Positions 22,737 to 32,601 of a DNA stretch of 64,000 nt are shown in pieces. Origin of the DNA: an uncultured Verrucomicrobiae bacterium (GTDB lineage: Bacteria > Verrucomicrobiota > Verrucomicrobiia > Chthoniobacterales > UBA10450). Both the position numbers and the translations under genes were made by a program. The stretch spans positions 48,757 to 112,756 of the forward strand of contig CAVYVJ010000024.1 in NCBI GenBank assembly GCA_963771865.1, read 5' to 3'. Numbering within the stretch: position 1 is the stretch's first letter; each line of letters begins with the position of its first letter. The notes beneath the pieces were generated by a model. The model was not told where the DNA came from. It was given only the letters and a program-made list of their open reading frames with translations, and did no database searches.

Positions 22737-23101
22737 AACACTTCAGGCGCGAGCGAAACGATCTTCATGAAATTGCGCTCACGCAGCTCCCGGGCGACGG
22801 GACCGAAAATACGGGTGCCGCGCGGATTTAGATCCTTGTCGATGATGACAATCGCGTTGTTGTCGAAACGGAGGAGGGATCCGTCATCGCGGCGAATCGG
22901 TTGTTTCGTGCGGACGAGGACCGCGCGAACCACTTCGCCCTTCTTTACCGTTCCCGTTGGGCTGGCCTCTTTCACGTTCGCGGTGATGACGTCGCCAATC
23001 CCGGCACATTGTGCGCTCCCTTTGCCAATCACGCCGATCATCGTCGCCATGCGGGCGCCGCTGTTGTCGGCCACGTCCAATCTGGATCTCAGGTAAACCA
23101 T
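22733..23101 (-). CDS. rplN: 50S ribosomal protein L14
   Basis: ...[12 protein letters not shown]...[29 protein letters not shown] is canonical L14. Confidence 0.95.
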   Translation of the reverse strand: MVYLRSRLDVADNSGARMATMIGVIGKGSAQCAGIGDVITANVKEASPTGTVKKGEVVRAVLVRTKQPIRRDDGSLLRFDNNAIVIIDKDLNPRGTRIFGPVARELRERNFMKIVSLAPEVL

Positions 23102-23111
23102 AGAGTTCTCC

Positions 23112-23405
23112 TTATTTTTGGACGACCTCGACGAGGCGCCAGCGCTTCAACTTGCTCAACGGTCGCGTTTCCATGATGCGCACGGTGTCGCCGAGCTTGG
23201 CTTTGCTCTCTTCATCGTGAGCGTAAAATTTCTTCTTCTGCTTCACAATCTTGCCGAAGGTCGCGTGCGGCACGCGCGTGACCGTCCGGACAATAATTGT
23301 CTTGTTCATTCCGCTTGAAATGACTTCGCCGACGCGCGTTTTGCGCGTTCCGCGCGCCTCGTTGGCAGCCGGCGTTTGTTCTTTGGTCGCTTCGTCCATG
23401 ATCAA
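23112..23405 (-). CDS. rpsQ: 30S ribosomal protein S17
   Basis: [18 protein letters not shown]...[31 protein letters not shown] is canonical S17. Confidence 0.95.
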   Translation of the reverse strand: MIMDEATKEQTPAANEARGTRKTRVGEVISSGMNKTIIVRTVTRVPHATFGKIVKQKKKFYAHDEESKAKLGDTVRIMETRPLSKLKRWRLVEVVQK

Positions 23406-23627
23406 TTACTTCTTTCCTGTGGACGGCTCCGCCGCCGGTTGCTTGTTGCGTTGCGAGAGCACTGTCTCGACCCGGGCGACTTCGCGCCGCAGGAGCCGCA
23501 TCCGGCTCGGCTGTTCCAACTGTCCGCTCTGTTGTTGTAGACGGAGGTGGAGGCTTTCCTGGCGCAGGTCGCGCTTCTTCGTCAGAAGCTCGTCCGTGCT
23601 CATTTCCTGGATCTCTTTAAATTTCAT
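23406..23627 (-). CDS. rpmC: 50S ribosomal protein L29
   Basis: MKFKEIQEMSTDELLTKKRDLRQESLHLRLQ is canonical L29. Confidence 0.93.
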   Translation of the reverse strand: MKFKEIQEMSTDELLTKKRDLRQESLHLRLQQQSGQLEQPSRMRLLRREVARVETVLSQRNKQPAAEPSTGKK

Positions 23628-23640
23628 TTCTCGTTAGTCG

Positions 23641-24063
23641 TTAGGCCGCGACGTGGTGGCGGCTGAGGAACTTGGTCCGGACCGGCAGCTTGTCGGCGGC
23701 AAGGCGGAGCGATTCGCGCGCGACTGACTCGGGCACGCCGTCCAGCTCGAACAAAATGTTGCCGGGCCTGACCGTCGCCACCCAGTACTCGGGCTGGCCT
23801 TTGCCTTTACCCATCCGGGTCTCGGGCGGGCGCGAGGTGACGGATTTGTCGGGGAAAATCCGGATCCAAAGCTTGCCTTTGCGTTTCATGTTGCGGGTCA
23901 GGGCGACACGGGCGGCTTCGATCTGGGTATTGGTGATCCAGGCGCGTTCCAGCGTCTGAAGGCCAAATTCGCCAAAGTCGATGCGGAGATTGCGCGAGGC
24001 CGTGCCCTTGCGGCTTCCCCGCTGGCTCTTGCGATACTTGACGCGTTTGGGCATTAATGGCAT
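23641..24063 (-). CDS. rplP: 50S ribosomal protein L16
   Basis: [20 protein letters not shown]...[14 protein letters not shown] is canonical L16. The TAA stop is inside a GCCTAACGA copy. Confidence 0.95.
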   Translation of the reverse strand: MPLMPKRVKYRKSQRGSRKGTASRNLRIDFGEFGLQTLERAWITNTQIEAARVALTRNMKRKGKLWIRIFPDKSVTSRPPETRMGKGKGQPEYWVATVRPGNILFELDGVPESVARESLRLAADKLPVRTKFLSRHHVAA

Positions 24064-24085
24064 GGCGATCTCTCCTTAAAATTCG

Positions 24086-24766
24086 TTAGGCTGCAACGGG
24101 CTCGGCCGCGGCCGGCGGCGGTGTGGCAGGCGCCGCGGGGGCTTCTTCCTTCTTACAAATCCAGCATTTTACACCGATCTTGCCGTAAACCGTGTTCGCC
24201 TCGGCGAAGCCATAGTCGATCGGCGTTCGGAGCGTGTGCAGCGGCACTTTGCCTTCGCGATACCATTCCGAGCGAGAAATCTCCGCGCCATTCAACCGAC
24301 CCGAGCTGCGCAACCGGATTCCCTGCGCCCCAAAGTCCATCGCGATTTGCACGGCTTTTTTCATCGCCCGGCGATAAGCGATTCGGCGCTCGATTTGGAG
24401 CGCGACGTTCTCCGCCACAAGCTGGGCGTCGAGTTCCGGCGTCTTGATTTCCTGGATGTCGATCTTGATCTGTTTTCCCTGCGCCATCTTCGAGATTTCC
24501 TCGGTCATCTTCTCGATTTCAGCGCCTTTACGTCCAATCACGATACCGGGCCGGGCAGTGTGAATGGTGACACGGATACTGTTCCAGGCGCGCTCGATAA
24601 TAATTTTCGCGACCGCAGCGAACTGGAGCTTCTTCTTCACGTAGTCCCGAATAGCGAGATCGCCTGCCAAAAACGCCGGCATTTCCTGGGGCGAGGCGTA
24701 CCAGCGCGAACGCCAGTCGCGGTTCACACCGAGACGAAAACCGATTGGATTAACTTTTTGTCCCAT
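24086..24766 (-). CDS. rpsC: 30S ribosomal protein S3
   Basis: [24 protein letters not shown] plus the KH domain is canonical S3. The TAA stop is inside a GCCTAACGA copy. Confidence 0.95.
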   Translation of the reverse strand: MGQKVNPIGFRLGVNRDWRSRWYASPQEMPAFLAGDLAIRDYVKKKLQFAAVAKIIIERAWNSIRVTIHTARPGIVIGRKGAEIEKMTEEISKMAQGKQIKIDIQEIKTPELDAQLVAENVALQIERRIAYRRAMKKAVQIAMDFGAQGIRLRSSGRLNGAEISRSEWYREGKVPLHTLRTPIDYGFAEANTVYGKIGVKCWICKKEEAPAAPATPPPAAAEPVAA

Positions 24767-24769
24767 GAA

Positions 24770-25246
24770 TTAGCTTTCTGTTTCCTTCGTCGCAGTTGCC
24801 TCGGCGGCTGCTTCTGTTTTCGACGCAGCAGTCGCCCTCGTTTTCCCGCTTGGCGCCTTTTTCTTCTTCGCGCCGCCCGAACCCTTCGCCTTCTTTTCGC
24901 GGCGCTTGATCTCTATTTCATCGGTTAAGACGATTCGAATATGGCTGCTCCGTTTCCGGATCGTGCTGCCGCTGCCGCGGGCCCTTGTCATCATGCGCTT
25001 CATCGTCGGGCCTTCACCCACGATTGCTTCCTTCACCACGAGTCCGTCGACGCGCAGGTTGGCGTTGTTCTCCGCATTGGCGATCGCGCTCTTCAAAGTC
25101 TTGCTGATCATTGCGGCCGCCTTTTTCGGGCTGAACGCAACAACGTCGAGCGCGGCCGAAACCGGCAGACCCTGAATGGCGCGAGTGACCTCGCGCGCTT
25201 TGAACGCCGAAATCTTCGCGTAACGATATGTCGAGCTAACTTCCAT
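24770..25246 (-). CDS. rplV: 50S ribosomal protein L22 (basic/Ala-rich C-terminal tail)
   Basis: It has the canonical L22 core (YAKISAFKAREVTRAIQG, RGSGSTIRKRSSHIRIVL). Confidence 0.93.
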   Translation of the reverse strand: MEVSSTYRYAKISAFKAREVTRAIQGLPVSAALDVVAFSPKKAAAMISKTLKSAIANAENNANLRVDGLVVKEAIVGEGPTMKRMMTRARGSGSTIRKRSSHIRIVLTDEIEIKRREKKAKGSGGAKKKKAPSGKTRATAASKTEAAAEATATKETES

Positions 25247-26056
25247 TTACTTTAAACTTGCACTTTGGCGCGCATCCACCTGGAGGCGATCGCCTACTTT
25301 TATTTTTACTTTTTCCGAATCCAATTCCTGAATGACCGCGCCGCTGATCTTTTCGCGCACGTCCACCACCCGCAGGGTTGCGACCGTTTTACCGGCCCGC
25401 ACCACTCGCAACGGCATCCCGAGCTTCACTCCCTGCCGGGCCCCGAGGTTGCCCACCACCAGCGACCATTCTTCCTTCACGCTCAGGACCTTGCCGTCCA
25501 TCAAGTCGGACTCGGTCCTTTCGTTAGACGAATTCTCGTCCTTCGCGATCAGGAGCTGGTTCGTTCCGCGCAGTTGCGCTTCAACCTCCGCCCGCGCCTG
25601 GGGATCTGCGCTCGGCGTGCTCTTCACGTAGCGGAGCATGGTCTCGCTCAACTTCAGCAATTGCTCGCGATACGCTTCCTTCTCCTTGTTCATGAGTTGA
25701 AGGTCGCTGACCGCTTTCAGCAGACGCTGCTCGAGTTTCGCCCGGTCTTTGCTGACCGATTCGACCCCAAGAGCGTCCATCCGCAATTGCAGCTCGGAAT
25801 ATTTCCGGCGAAACAACTCCGCTTCCGCATTCGAGACGACGAGACTGTCGGTCAACGTCTTCTGCGTTTCGCGGTCGAGCGAAAGCTGTTTGCGCAAGAG
25901 ATCATTCTGCGAAAACAACGTCTCCGACGTCACTTTCGCCTCTGCGGTTTCAAGATTGGAATCTGACAAAGAACTATCTTCTGCCGCCAGCCCGGAGGCC
26001 GACCACAGACACACCAGCACAATTGAGAGCCGGAAATTGAGAGCGGAGACTTTCAT
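25247..26056 (-). CDS. hypothetical secreted coiled-coil protein with C-terminal beta-rich domain, embedded in the S10 operon
   Basis: It has a signal peptide (MKVSALNFRLSIVLVCLWSASGLAA), ~130 aa of heptad-like E/K/L/Q-rich sequence, then VLSVKEEWSLVVGNLGARQGVKLGMPLRVVRAGKTVATLRVVDV. A GAGAGGATGAG SD-like sequence precedes the ATG. Its stop abuts the rplV ATG. Confidence 0.7.
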   Translation of the reverse strand: MKVSALNFRLSIVLVCLWSASGLAAEDSSLSDSNLETAEAKVTSETLFSQNDLLRKQLSLDRETQKTLTDSLVVSNAEAELFRRKYSELQLRMDALGVESVSKDRAKLEQRLLKAVSDLQLMNKEKEAYREQLLKLSETMLRYVKSTPSADPQARAEVEAQLRGTNQLLIAKDENSSNERTESDLMDGKVLSVKEEWSLVVGNLGARQGVKLGMPLRVVRAGKTVATLRVVDVREKISGAVIQELDSEKVKIKVGDRLQVDARQSASLK

Positions 26057-26088
26057 CTCATCCTCTCATTCCGCAACCATCGATTGAA

Positions 26089-26367
26089 CTACTTCGTCAC
26101 CTTCGCGGTGTGCGACCCGTGCTTCTTAAAGATACGGGTAGGTGAAAACTCGCCGAGTTTGTGGCCGACCATATTTTCGGTCACAAACACGGATTGAAAA
26201 ATTTTGCCGTTATGAACGAGGAAGGTGTGACCCACAAAGTCCGGGGTCACCATCGAGCGGCGCGACCAGGTCTTAACCGGTTTCTTCACGCCCGAACTGT
26301 TCATCTTATCGATCTTCTCGAGAAGATGCGGCTCTACAAAAGGTCCTTTTTTTAGCGATCTGCCCAT
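26089..26367 (-). CDS. rpsS: 30S ribosomal protein S19
   Basis: [16 protein letters not shown]...[11 protein letters not shown] is canonical S19. Confidence 0.95.
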   Translation of the reverse strand: MGRSLKKGPFVEPHLLEKIDKMNSSGVKKPVKTWSRRSMVTPDFVGHTFLVHNGKIFQSVFVTENMVGHKLGEFSPTRIFKKHGSHTAKVTK

Positions 26368-26370
26368 AAA

Positions 26371-27216
26371 CTATTTCTTCTTCCGGCGCTCCAGAATGAA
26401 ACGATTGCTCACCTTGCGTTTGTGGCGTGTCTTAAAGCCTTTCGCAAGCTGGCCCCACGGACTCACCGGGTGATGTCGTCCGCCGCCGCCCTTTGATTTG
26501 CCCTGACCGCCACCCATCGGGTGATCGATCGGGTTCATAACCATGCCACGCACATGTGGGCGGCGACCCTGCCAGCGTGTCCGCCCGGCCTTGCCGCTCG
26601 CGACGTTCATATGGTCGACATTGCCGACCTGGCCCATGGTTGCATAGGCGCTCTCGTGGATGCGGCGAATCTCGCCGGAAGGTAATTTTACGAGCGCATA
26701 ACCGCCTTCGCGGTTGCTTAACGTTGCCTGCTGGCCCGCGCTGCGCGCAATCTGTCCACCCCGACCCGGCATAATTTCAATGCAATGAATGTTTGCGCCC
26801 AACGGAATCGCCCGGAGAGGCAGGGCGTTGCCGACGTTCGGCGGCGCGTCATCGCCGGCCGTTACCTTGGCGCCAACTTGCAGACCGTCCGGCGCGAGAA
26901 TGTAGCTCTGCTCGCCATCGCTGTATTTGATCAACGCGATTCGCGCGGTCCGATTCGGATCGTACTCGATCGCGGTGACCTCAGCCACGATGCCCCGTTT
27001 CCGGCGCTTGAAGTCGACCTTGCGGTATTTCTGTTTGTGACCGCCGCCGATGTGGCGCGAAGTCAGGCGACCCCTGTTGTTGCGGCCGCCGCTTCTTTTC
27101 TTTGGCTCGGTTAAACTCTTAACCGGCTTGGACTGCTTTTTGGTCACCGCCAGAAACATCGGAAGCGCCTTAAAACGCAGTGCCGGCGTGAGTGGACGAA
27201 AATTTCTTAAAGGCAT
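26371..27216 (-). CDS. rplB: 50S ribosomal protein L2
   Basis: GGGHKQKYR..., MNPIDHPMGGGQGKSKGG is canonical L2. Confidence 0.95.
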   Translation of the reverse strand: MPLRNFRPLTPALRFKALPMFLAVTKKQSKPVKSLTEPKKRSGGRNNRGRLTSRHIGGGHKQKYRKVDFKRRKRGIVAEVTAIEYDPNRTARIALIKYSDGEQSYILAPDGLQVGAKVTAGDDAPPNVGNALPLRAIPLGANIHCIEIMPGRGGQIARSAGQQATLSNREGGYALVKLPSGEIRRIHESAYATMGQVGNVDHMNVASGKAGRTRWQGRRPHVRGMVMNPIDHPMGGGQGKSKGGGGRHHPVSPWGQLAKGFKTRHKRKVSNRFILERRKKK

Positions 27217-27245
27217 AACAGATTAAAAATTCGGATTTCTGGTCG

Positions 27246-27530
27246 TTAGACCAGATCGATCTTCTCGCCCTCCTCCAGAGTCACGATGGCTTTCTTCCAG
27301 TGCGCCTTTCGGCCAAAATCGGCGCGACGCTCGCGCCTTTTCTTGCCCGCGTAATTGCAGGTATTCACGTCCACCACCTTCTTCTTAAACAGAAGCTCGA
27401 TCGCCTGCTTAATCTGGATCTTGTTGGCGCGGGGATTTACCCGGAAGACATATTTGTTGAGCTTCTCGCTCAGCAAAGATGCCTTCTCGGTCAATTGCAC
27501 CGTCTGAATCAAATCGTAAGGCTCGTTCAT
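27246..27530 (-). CDS. rplW: 50S ribosomal protein L23
   Basis: LTEKASLLSEKLNKYVFRVNPRANKIQIKQAIE is canonical L23. The stop is inside the variant GTCTAACGA. Confidence 0.93.
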   Translation of the reverse strand: MNEPYDLIQTVQLTEKASLLSEKLNKYVFRVNPRANKIQIKQAIELLFKKKVVDVNTCNYAGKKRRERRADFGRKAHWKKAIVTLEEGEKIDLV

Positions 27531-28138
27531 GAGCTTGTCCTTTCAGCCAGTTGTTCCAGCGCCTTTGGGGTGACAATAATCTTGTCGAATGCCAGAAGTT
27601 GCTCCGTGTTCACATCGGCCGCCGTTGCGAGCAGGACCGGTCGAACGTTCCGCGCGGAACGATAAAACGTTTCTTCGAACGAATCGGAAATCAGCAGCAC
27701 CTTCTTCGCGTCGGTGTGGCCTTTGACCAGACTAACGAATGCTTTGGTCTTCGGTTCCTTGATGCTGAAAGCGTCAACCGTCAGGACGTCACCGGCCTTG
27801 ATCCGTTCGCTCAGAGCTTTTTGAAAAGCGAGCCGGCGGACCGTCTTCGAAACCTTCTTCGTGTAATCACGGGGTTTCGGGCCAAAAACAACTCCGCCGC
27901 CACGCCAAATCACTGACGACTTGTAACCGGCCCGAGCCCGGCCAGTGCCTTTTTGGCGCCACGGTTTCGCGCCCGAGAGATTGACGTCTGCTTTCGTCTT
28001 TGTGTTGGCCGAGCCGGAGCGGCGCGCCGCGCGCATCGCCACGACGACATCATGCATTGCCTGGGTCCCGCGCCCGTTTTCGATCAACGCGATCTTCGCG
28101 TCCTTCGCTGCCTCTGCTGTTAAAACTTTTGCGGCCAT
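27527..28138 (-). CDS. rplD: 50S ribosomal protein L4
   Basis: KPWRQKGTGRARAGYKSSVIWRGGGVVFGPKPRDY is canonical L4. Confidence 0.95.
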   Translation of the reverse strand: MAAKVLTAEAAKDAKIALIENGRGTQAMHDVVVAMRAARRSGSANTKTKADVNLSGAKPWRQKGTGRARAGYKSSVIWRGGGVVFGPKPRDYTKKVSKTVRRLAFQKALSERIKAGDVLTVDAFSIKEPKTKAFVSLVKGHTDAKKVLLISDSFEETFYRSARNVRPVLLATAADVNTEQLLAFDKIIVTPKALEQLAERTSS

Positions 28139-28141
28139 CTG

Positions 28142-28852
28142 TTATCGAACGGTTATCGCGGGCTTCTTCGCCGCTTCAGCTTCGTCTTGCTTCCGGTGCG
28201 CCTCATGTTCGGCAAGCACCCTCCCCGGATTTTTGATCGCCGGCCTAACGACAACATAACTGCCGTTCGCTCCCGGGACCGCGCCACTGATCAGAATGAC
28301 TTTGTCGGCTTCGCGGACCTGCACCACCTGGAGGTTCTGCACCGTCACACGTTCGTCACCCATGTGACCCGGCATTCCCATGTTCTTCCAGATCCGACCG
28401 GGAGTGGAACGGTTGCCGATGGCGCCGTTGCGCCGGTGAGTCTTCGAACCGTGCGCCGCGCCTTGTCCGGCAAAGTTGTGCTTCTTCATCACGCCCTGGA
28501 ACCCTTTGCCTTTGGAATGGCCAATCACGTCGACATAATCGCCCGGCTGGAACTGCGTGACCGCGAGGTTGATCTCGCCTTCCGGCGCATCTCGCCTAAG
28601 CCGAAATTCCCGGACAAATTTCTTCGGCTCGGAGTTCGCCTTGCCGAATCCGCCGAGAAGCGCCTTCGTCACGCGCGATTCCTTTTGCTTGTCGAAGCCG
28701 ACCTGGATGGCCGAATAACCGTCGTTTTCGCTCGTTAGGCGACGGAGCAGCGTGTTATCCCCGGCCGCGATCACGGTCACCGGACGCAGCTTGCCCTCGG
28801 CGTCGTAGACGCTGGTCATGCCGATTTTCTTTCCTAAAAGTCCGATGCTCAT
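28142..28852 (-). CDS. rplC: 50S ribosomal protein L3
   Basis: GLLGKKIGMTSVY..., GKGFQGVMKKHNFAGQGAAHGS is canonical L3 with a short charged tail. Confidence 0.95.
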   Translation of the reverse strand: MSIGLLGKKIGMTSVYDAEGKLRPVTVIAAGDNTLLRRLTSENDGYSAIQVGFDKQKESRVTKALLGGFGKANSEPKKFVREFRLRRDAPEGEINLAVTQFQPGDYVDVIGHSKGKGFQGVMKKHNFAGQGAAHGSKTHRRNGAIGNRSTPGRIWKNMGMPGHMGDERVTVQNLQVVQVREADKVILISGAVPGANGSYVVVRPAIKNPGRVLAEHEAHRKQDEAEAAKKPAITVR

Positions 28853-28862
28853 GGTCGATTCT

Positions 28863-28941
28863 TGTCATCCTGAACGCAGTGAAAAATCTCTACCTGCGCT
28901 GAAATTTCGTTAAGGGATTCTTGGCTTCGCTCAGAATGATA
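28863..28941. repeat. degenerate GTCATCCTGA...TCAGAATGA palindromic element in the rpsJ-rplC spacer
   Basis: The left arm is TGTCATCCTGAACGCAGTGAAAAATC. The reverse complement of the right arm is TATCATTCTGAGCGAAGCCAAGAATC. This is an imperfect copy of the family seen perfectly at 63098-63198. Confidence 0.65.
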
Positions 28942-28952
28942 GTTTTTAAAGG

Positions 28953-29264
28953 TTAAATCTTGATCGTGATATCCACGCCGGCGGGGAGGTTGAGCTTTTT
29001 CAACTCGTCCACCGTCTTGGCGGTCGGCTCGATTATATCCAGCAAACGTTTATGGGTGCGAATCTCAAATTGGTCCATCGACTTTTTGTCGACGTGGGGG
29101 GAGCGATTGACCGTGAACTTCTCGATCAAGGTCGGGAGCGGAATCGGGCCCGCCACCCGGGCCCCGGTGCGCTTCGCGGTCTCGACAATATCGACCGCGG
29201 ATTGATCGAGCATTCGATGGTCGAATGCCTTCAAACGAATGCGAATGCGTTGCGCGTCGGCCAT
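28953..29264 (-). CDS. rpsJ: 30S ribosomal protein S10
   Basis: [16 protein letters not shown]...GPIPLPT...[13 protein letters not shown] is canonical S10. Confidence 0.95.
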   Translation of the reverse strand: MADAQRIRIRLKAFDHRMLDQSAVDIVETAKRTGARVAGPIPLPTLIEKFTVNRSPHVDKKSMDQFEIRTHKRLLDIIEPTAKTVDELKKLNLPAGVDITIKI

Positions 29265-29265
29265 A

Positions 29266-31440
29266 TTACTTCGTTTCCTTCTGGTCGAGGACGGCCGCGA
29301 CGAGCTGTTGCGGGACTTGTTCGAAATGAGACGGCTCCATCGAGTAACTCGAACGGCCTTTGGAAAGCGAACGAATGGCGGTGGCGTAACCGAACATTTC
29401 TGCGAGCGGCGCTTCCGCGTTCACAATCGTAAGGTTGCCACGCGCTTCGATGCTGTTCACTTTGGCGCGACGGCGATTCAAATCGCCGATGATGTCGCCC
29501 TGATATTCTTCCGGGGTCGAGTTTTCGACCTTCATGATCGGCTCGAGCAGGATCGGCTTCGCTTTTTTGAACGCGTCCTTGACCGCAAAGATGGCCGCGA
29601 GCTTGAACGCCATTTCGTTCGAGTCGACGTCGTGATATGAGCCGTCGACGATATCGACATGGGCGTCGATCACCTGGTAGCCGCCCACCACGCCGTTGAG
29701 CATCGCTTCTTCGATGCCCTTCTTGCACGCCGGGATGTATTCCTTGGGAATGTTTCCGCCGACCACCTTGTTCTCGACCGTGATGCCTTTGCCGCGCTCG
29801 TTCGGGTGCACCTTGACGATCACGTGGCCGTACTGACCGCGGCCACCTGATTGCTTGATCAGCTTGCCTTCGCCGTCGGCCGGGTTGGTGATCGTTTCGC
29901 GATAAGCGATCTGCGGTTTGCCCGCGTTCGCGTCCACCTTGAATTCACGGAACATGCGATCACGAATGATCTCGAGATGCAGTTCGCCCATGCCGGCGAT
30001 AATCGTCTGGCCGGTGTCTTCGTGGGTGAAGACCTTGAAAGTCGGATCTTCTTCAGACAAACGCTGCAAGGCCGTCGCCATTTTTTCCTGGTCCTGCTTC
30101 GTCTTCGGCTCGATCGCCATCGAGATAACGGGATCAGGAAAGGACGGTGGCTCGAGGAGAATCACGTGGTCCTCGTCGCAAAGCGTGTCGCCGGTTGTGA
30201 TGTTCTTGATCCCGACAATGGCGGCAATGTCGCCCGAGTAACACGTCTCGATATCTTCCCGCTTATCGGCCTGAATCTGAATCAAACGCGAAATGCGCTC
30301 GCGCTTGTTTGTGCGCGGATTGTAAACTGTGTCGCCTTTCGAAAGCGTGCCGGAATAAACGCGGAAGAAAACGAGCTTTCCGACGAAGGGATCGCTCCAG
30401 AGCTTGAAGGCGAGCGAGCAGAAAGTTCCGTTGTCGTCCGTCGGCGCTTCAATCGGCGTGCCGTCGTCCGGGTCCTGACCTTTGGCCGGCGGAATGTCGA
30501 GCGGACTCGGCAAATAATCGATCACCGCATCAACGAGATACTGCACACCCTTGTTCTTAAACGCGCTGCCACCGACGACCGGCACAAATTTGTTCGCGAT
30601 CGTTTGCCGACGAATTCCAGCCTTCAACATTTCCGGCGTGACTTCACGTTCTTCGAGCACGGCTTCCGCAACTTCGTCGTCAATGTTGGAAATTTGTTCG
30701 ACGAGATCGGCATAAGCCTTGTCGACCTCGGCTCTATTCTCTTCCGGAAGCTCGCGCACTTCGTAGACCGACCCCATCGAGTCGTCATCTAGATAGAAAA
30801 CCGCCTTCCTGTTCACGACATCGAGCTGGCCTTTGAGGTAATCCTCTTTGCCCAACGGAATAAGAATCGGCCAGGCATTCGCGGCCAATTTCTTCCGCAT
30901 CGAGTCGATCGAGGCCTCGAAGTTCGCCCCGACGCGGTCCATTTTATTAATGAAAGCGATTCGCGGGACCAAATATTTGTTCGCCTGACGCCAGACGGTC
31001 TCGGACTGCGGCTGCACCCCGGCGACCGCATCGAAAACCGCGATTGCGCCGTCAAGGACGCGAAGCGAGCGCTCCACCTCCGCGGTGAAATCCACGTGGC
31101 CGGGCGTGTCGATGATGTTGACCCGCATTTTGATGTCCTCAAACATCTTGTAAACGCCAGGCTCCGGTTTCTGCGTCCAGGCGCAGGTGGTGGCGGCCGA
31201 AGTGATCGTGATCCCGCGCTCGCGCTCCTGCTCCATCCAGTCGGTCACAGTCGTGCCTTCATGCACCTCACCGATCTTGTGGATCATGCCGGTGTAAAAA
31301 AGAATGCGCTCGGTCAGGGTCGTCTTGCCGGCATCAATGTGCGCCGCGATTCCGATGTTTCGCGTCCTTTCGAGCGGATACTTGCGGTTGGGCGAATTCG
31401 GATTCGTCATGACAGGTCTTTCTAAAGTCGCGGAGGCCAT
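29266..31440 (-). CDS. fusA: elongation factor G
   Basis: It has GTPase motifs [17 protein letters not shown] and NKMD, and full EF-G domains II-V (724 aa). Its stop is 1 nt from the rpsJ start. Confidence 0.95.
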   Translation of the reverse strand: MASATLERPVMTNPNSPNRKYPLERTRNIGIAAHIDAGKTTLTERILFYTGMIHKIGEVHEGTTVTDWMEQERERGITITSAATTCAWTQKPEPGVYKMFEDIKMRVNIIDTPGHVDFTAEVERSLRVLDGAIAVFDAVAGVQPQSETVWRQANKYLVPRIAFINKMDRVGANFEASIDSMRKKLAANAWPILIPLGKEDYLKGQLDVVNRKAVFYLDDDSMGSVYEVRELPEENRAEVDKAYADLVEQISNIDDEVAEAVLEEREVTPEMLKAGIRRQTIANKFVPVVGGSAFKNKGVQYLVDAVIDYLPSPLDIPPAKGQDPDDGTPIEAPTDDNGTFCSLAFKLWSDPFVGKLVFFRVYSGTLSKGDTVYNPRTNKRERISRLIQIQADKREDIETCYSGDIAAIVGIKNITTGDTLCDEDHVILLEPPSFPDPVISMAIEPKTKQDQEKMATALQRLSEEDPTFKVFTHEDTGQTIIAGMGELHLEIIRDRMFREFKVDANAGKPQIAYRETITNPADGEGKLIKQSGGRGQYGHVIVKVHPNERGKGITVENKVVGGNIPKEYIPACKKGIEEAMLNGVVGGYQVIDAHVDIVDGSYHDVDSNEMAFKLAAIFAVKDAFKKAKPILLEPIMKVENSTPEEYQGDIIGDLNRRRAKVNSIEARGNLTIVNAEAPLAEMFGYATAIRSLSKGRSSYSMEPSHFEQVPQQLVAAVLDQKETK

Positions 31441-31453
31441 AACGGAGAATTCT

Positions 31454-31927
31454 TTACCAGCGGAAGTGAGCGAAGGCCCGGTTCGCTTGCGCCATCTTGT
31501 GCGTGTCGTCGCGTTTCTTGATCGCGTTGCCTTGACCGGCAGCCGCGTCGCGCAGCTCGTGAGCGAGCGCTTCAGCCATTGGCATGCCGCGCCGGTTGTC
31601 GGCGTAGGTAACGATCCAGCGCATCGCCAGCGAAATCTGACGGGAAGGGGTGACCTCCATCGGAACCTGATAGGTGGCGCCGCCTACCCGGCGGGATTTC
31701 ACCTCGAGACGGGGGCGCACATTTTCGAGCGCCTTGTTCACGACTTCGAGCGGGTCAACCGCATCGGAACCTTCGCGGGATTTGTCGATCGCAGTATAAA
31801 CGATCCGTTCCGCGAGCGATTTCTTGCCGCGCTTCATCACGGTGGAAATGAGACGCGCGACCGCCACGCTGCCGTAACGGGAGTCGACCTTCTCTTCTTT
31901 CTTATAAGTTCTGCGACGACGAGACAT
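31454..31927 (-). CDS. rpsG: 30S ribosomal protein S7
   Basis: ...[29 protein letters not shown]...[13 protein letters not shown] is canonical S7. Confidence 0.95.
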   Translation of the reverse strand: MSRRRRTYKKEEKVDSRYGSVAVARLISTVMKRGKKSLAERIVYTAIDKSREGSDAVDPLEVVNKALENVRPRLEVKSRRVGGATYQVPMEVTPSRQISLAMRWIVTYADNRRGMPMAEALAHELRDAAAGQGNAIKKRDDTHKMAQANRAFAHFRW

Positions 31928-31939
31928 GGGAAAATCTGG

Positions 31940-32347
31940 TTATTTCTTCTTCGCGGCCTTTTCGCCTTCCGCGGCGGCCTTCGGGCGTTTCGCGCCGTAC
32001 TTCGATCGGCTGCGGCGGCGGCCATCCACGCCTAACGAGTCGAGCGTTCCGCGCACAATATGGTAACGCACCCCCGGCAAATCCTTGACCCGTCCGCCGC
32101 GCACGAGGACGATCGAGTGTTCCTGCAAATTATGGCCTTCGCCCGGAATGTAGGCGATGACTTCCTGGCCGTTCGTTAGGCGCACTTTGGCCACTTTGCG
32201 CAAGGCAGAATTCGGCTTCTTCGGCGTCCGCGTCATCACCTGGGTGCAGACGCCGCGCCGCTGCGGACAATTTTTCAGGGCCGGTGATTTTGATTTCACC
32301 GAGACCTTTTTTCGTCCCTTCCGAATAAGCTGATTGATCGTTGGCAT
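31940..32347 (-). CDS. rpsL: 30S ribosomal protein S12 (Lys/Ala-rich tail)
   Basis: The canonical start [13 protein letters not shown] is at ATG 32347 (the track ORF begins 21 nt upstream). [19 protein letters not shown] is also present. Confidence 0.93.
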   Translation of the reverse strand: MPTINQLIRKGRKKVSVKSKSPALKNCPQRRGVCTQVMTRTPKKPNSALRKVAKVRLTNGQEVIAYIPGEGHNLQEHSIVLVRGGRVKDLPGVRYHIVRGTLDSLGVDGRRRSRSKYGAKRPKAAAEGEKAAKKK

Positions 32348-32446
32348 TTTCGTACATTCGAGCGGCAAAACCGTTAGGTTTCAGCCGACAAAAAAACCGC
32401 TCAAGCCGTGTCCACCTTCCTCACGCACCTGATACGGAGAGCGCGC

Positions 32447-32474
32447 AATATAGGAACAAATTATGCCCTCGCAA
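32447..32474 (-). promoter_or_regulatory. candidate sigma70-type promoter of the str/S10/spc/alpha super-operon
   Basis: The minus strand reads TTGCGA (32474-32469), a 16-nt spacer, then TATATT (32452-32447), about 95 nt upstream of the rpsL ATG. This is sequence resemblance only. Confidence 0.35.
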
Positions 32475-32601
32475 GATTATTTTAGAGCGAAACGCAACGC
32501 CTGCGACAAATATTGAACCGCTGCGTTGCGCCTAACAAAAATCGCCTAACGAGCCGCCTCCGCGGAGCATTGCCAGAACGGCACTGGTTTTTTTCAAAAT
32601 G

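Noticed and set aside
22176-23096. Long antisense ORFs opposite real genes. Examples are 22176..23096 (306 aa), 15239..16000, 29851..30792, 42590..43561, 44287..45306, 44303..45265, 56712..57710 and 61269..62081.
   Set aside because: These are shadow ORFs typical of GC-rich DNA. Their translations are Arg/Ala/Pro-rich with no motifs, and the opposite or alternative frame carries unmistakable conserved proteins.
32556-32600. A weak hairpin plus T-run on the plus strand (CCAGAACGGCACTGG followed by T7), considered as a terminator.
   Set aside because: The stem is only 4-5 bp, and no plus-strand gene ends upstream. It lies between the ABC-F stop and the rpsL promoter region on the minus strand.
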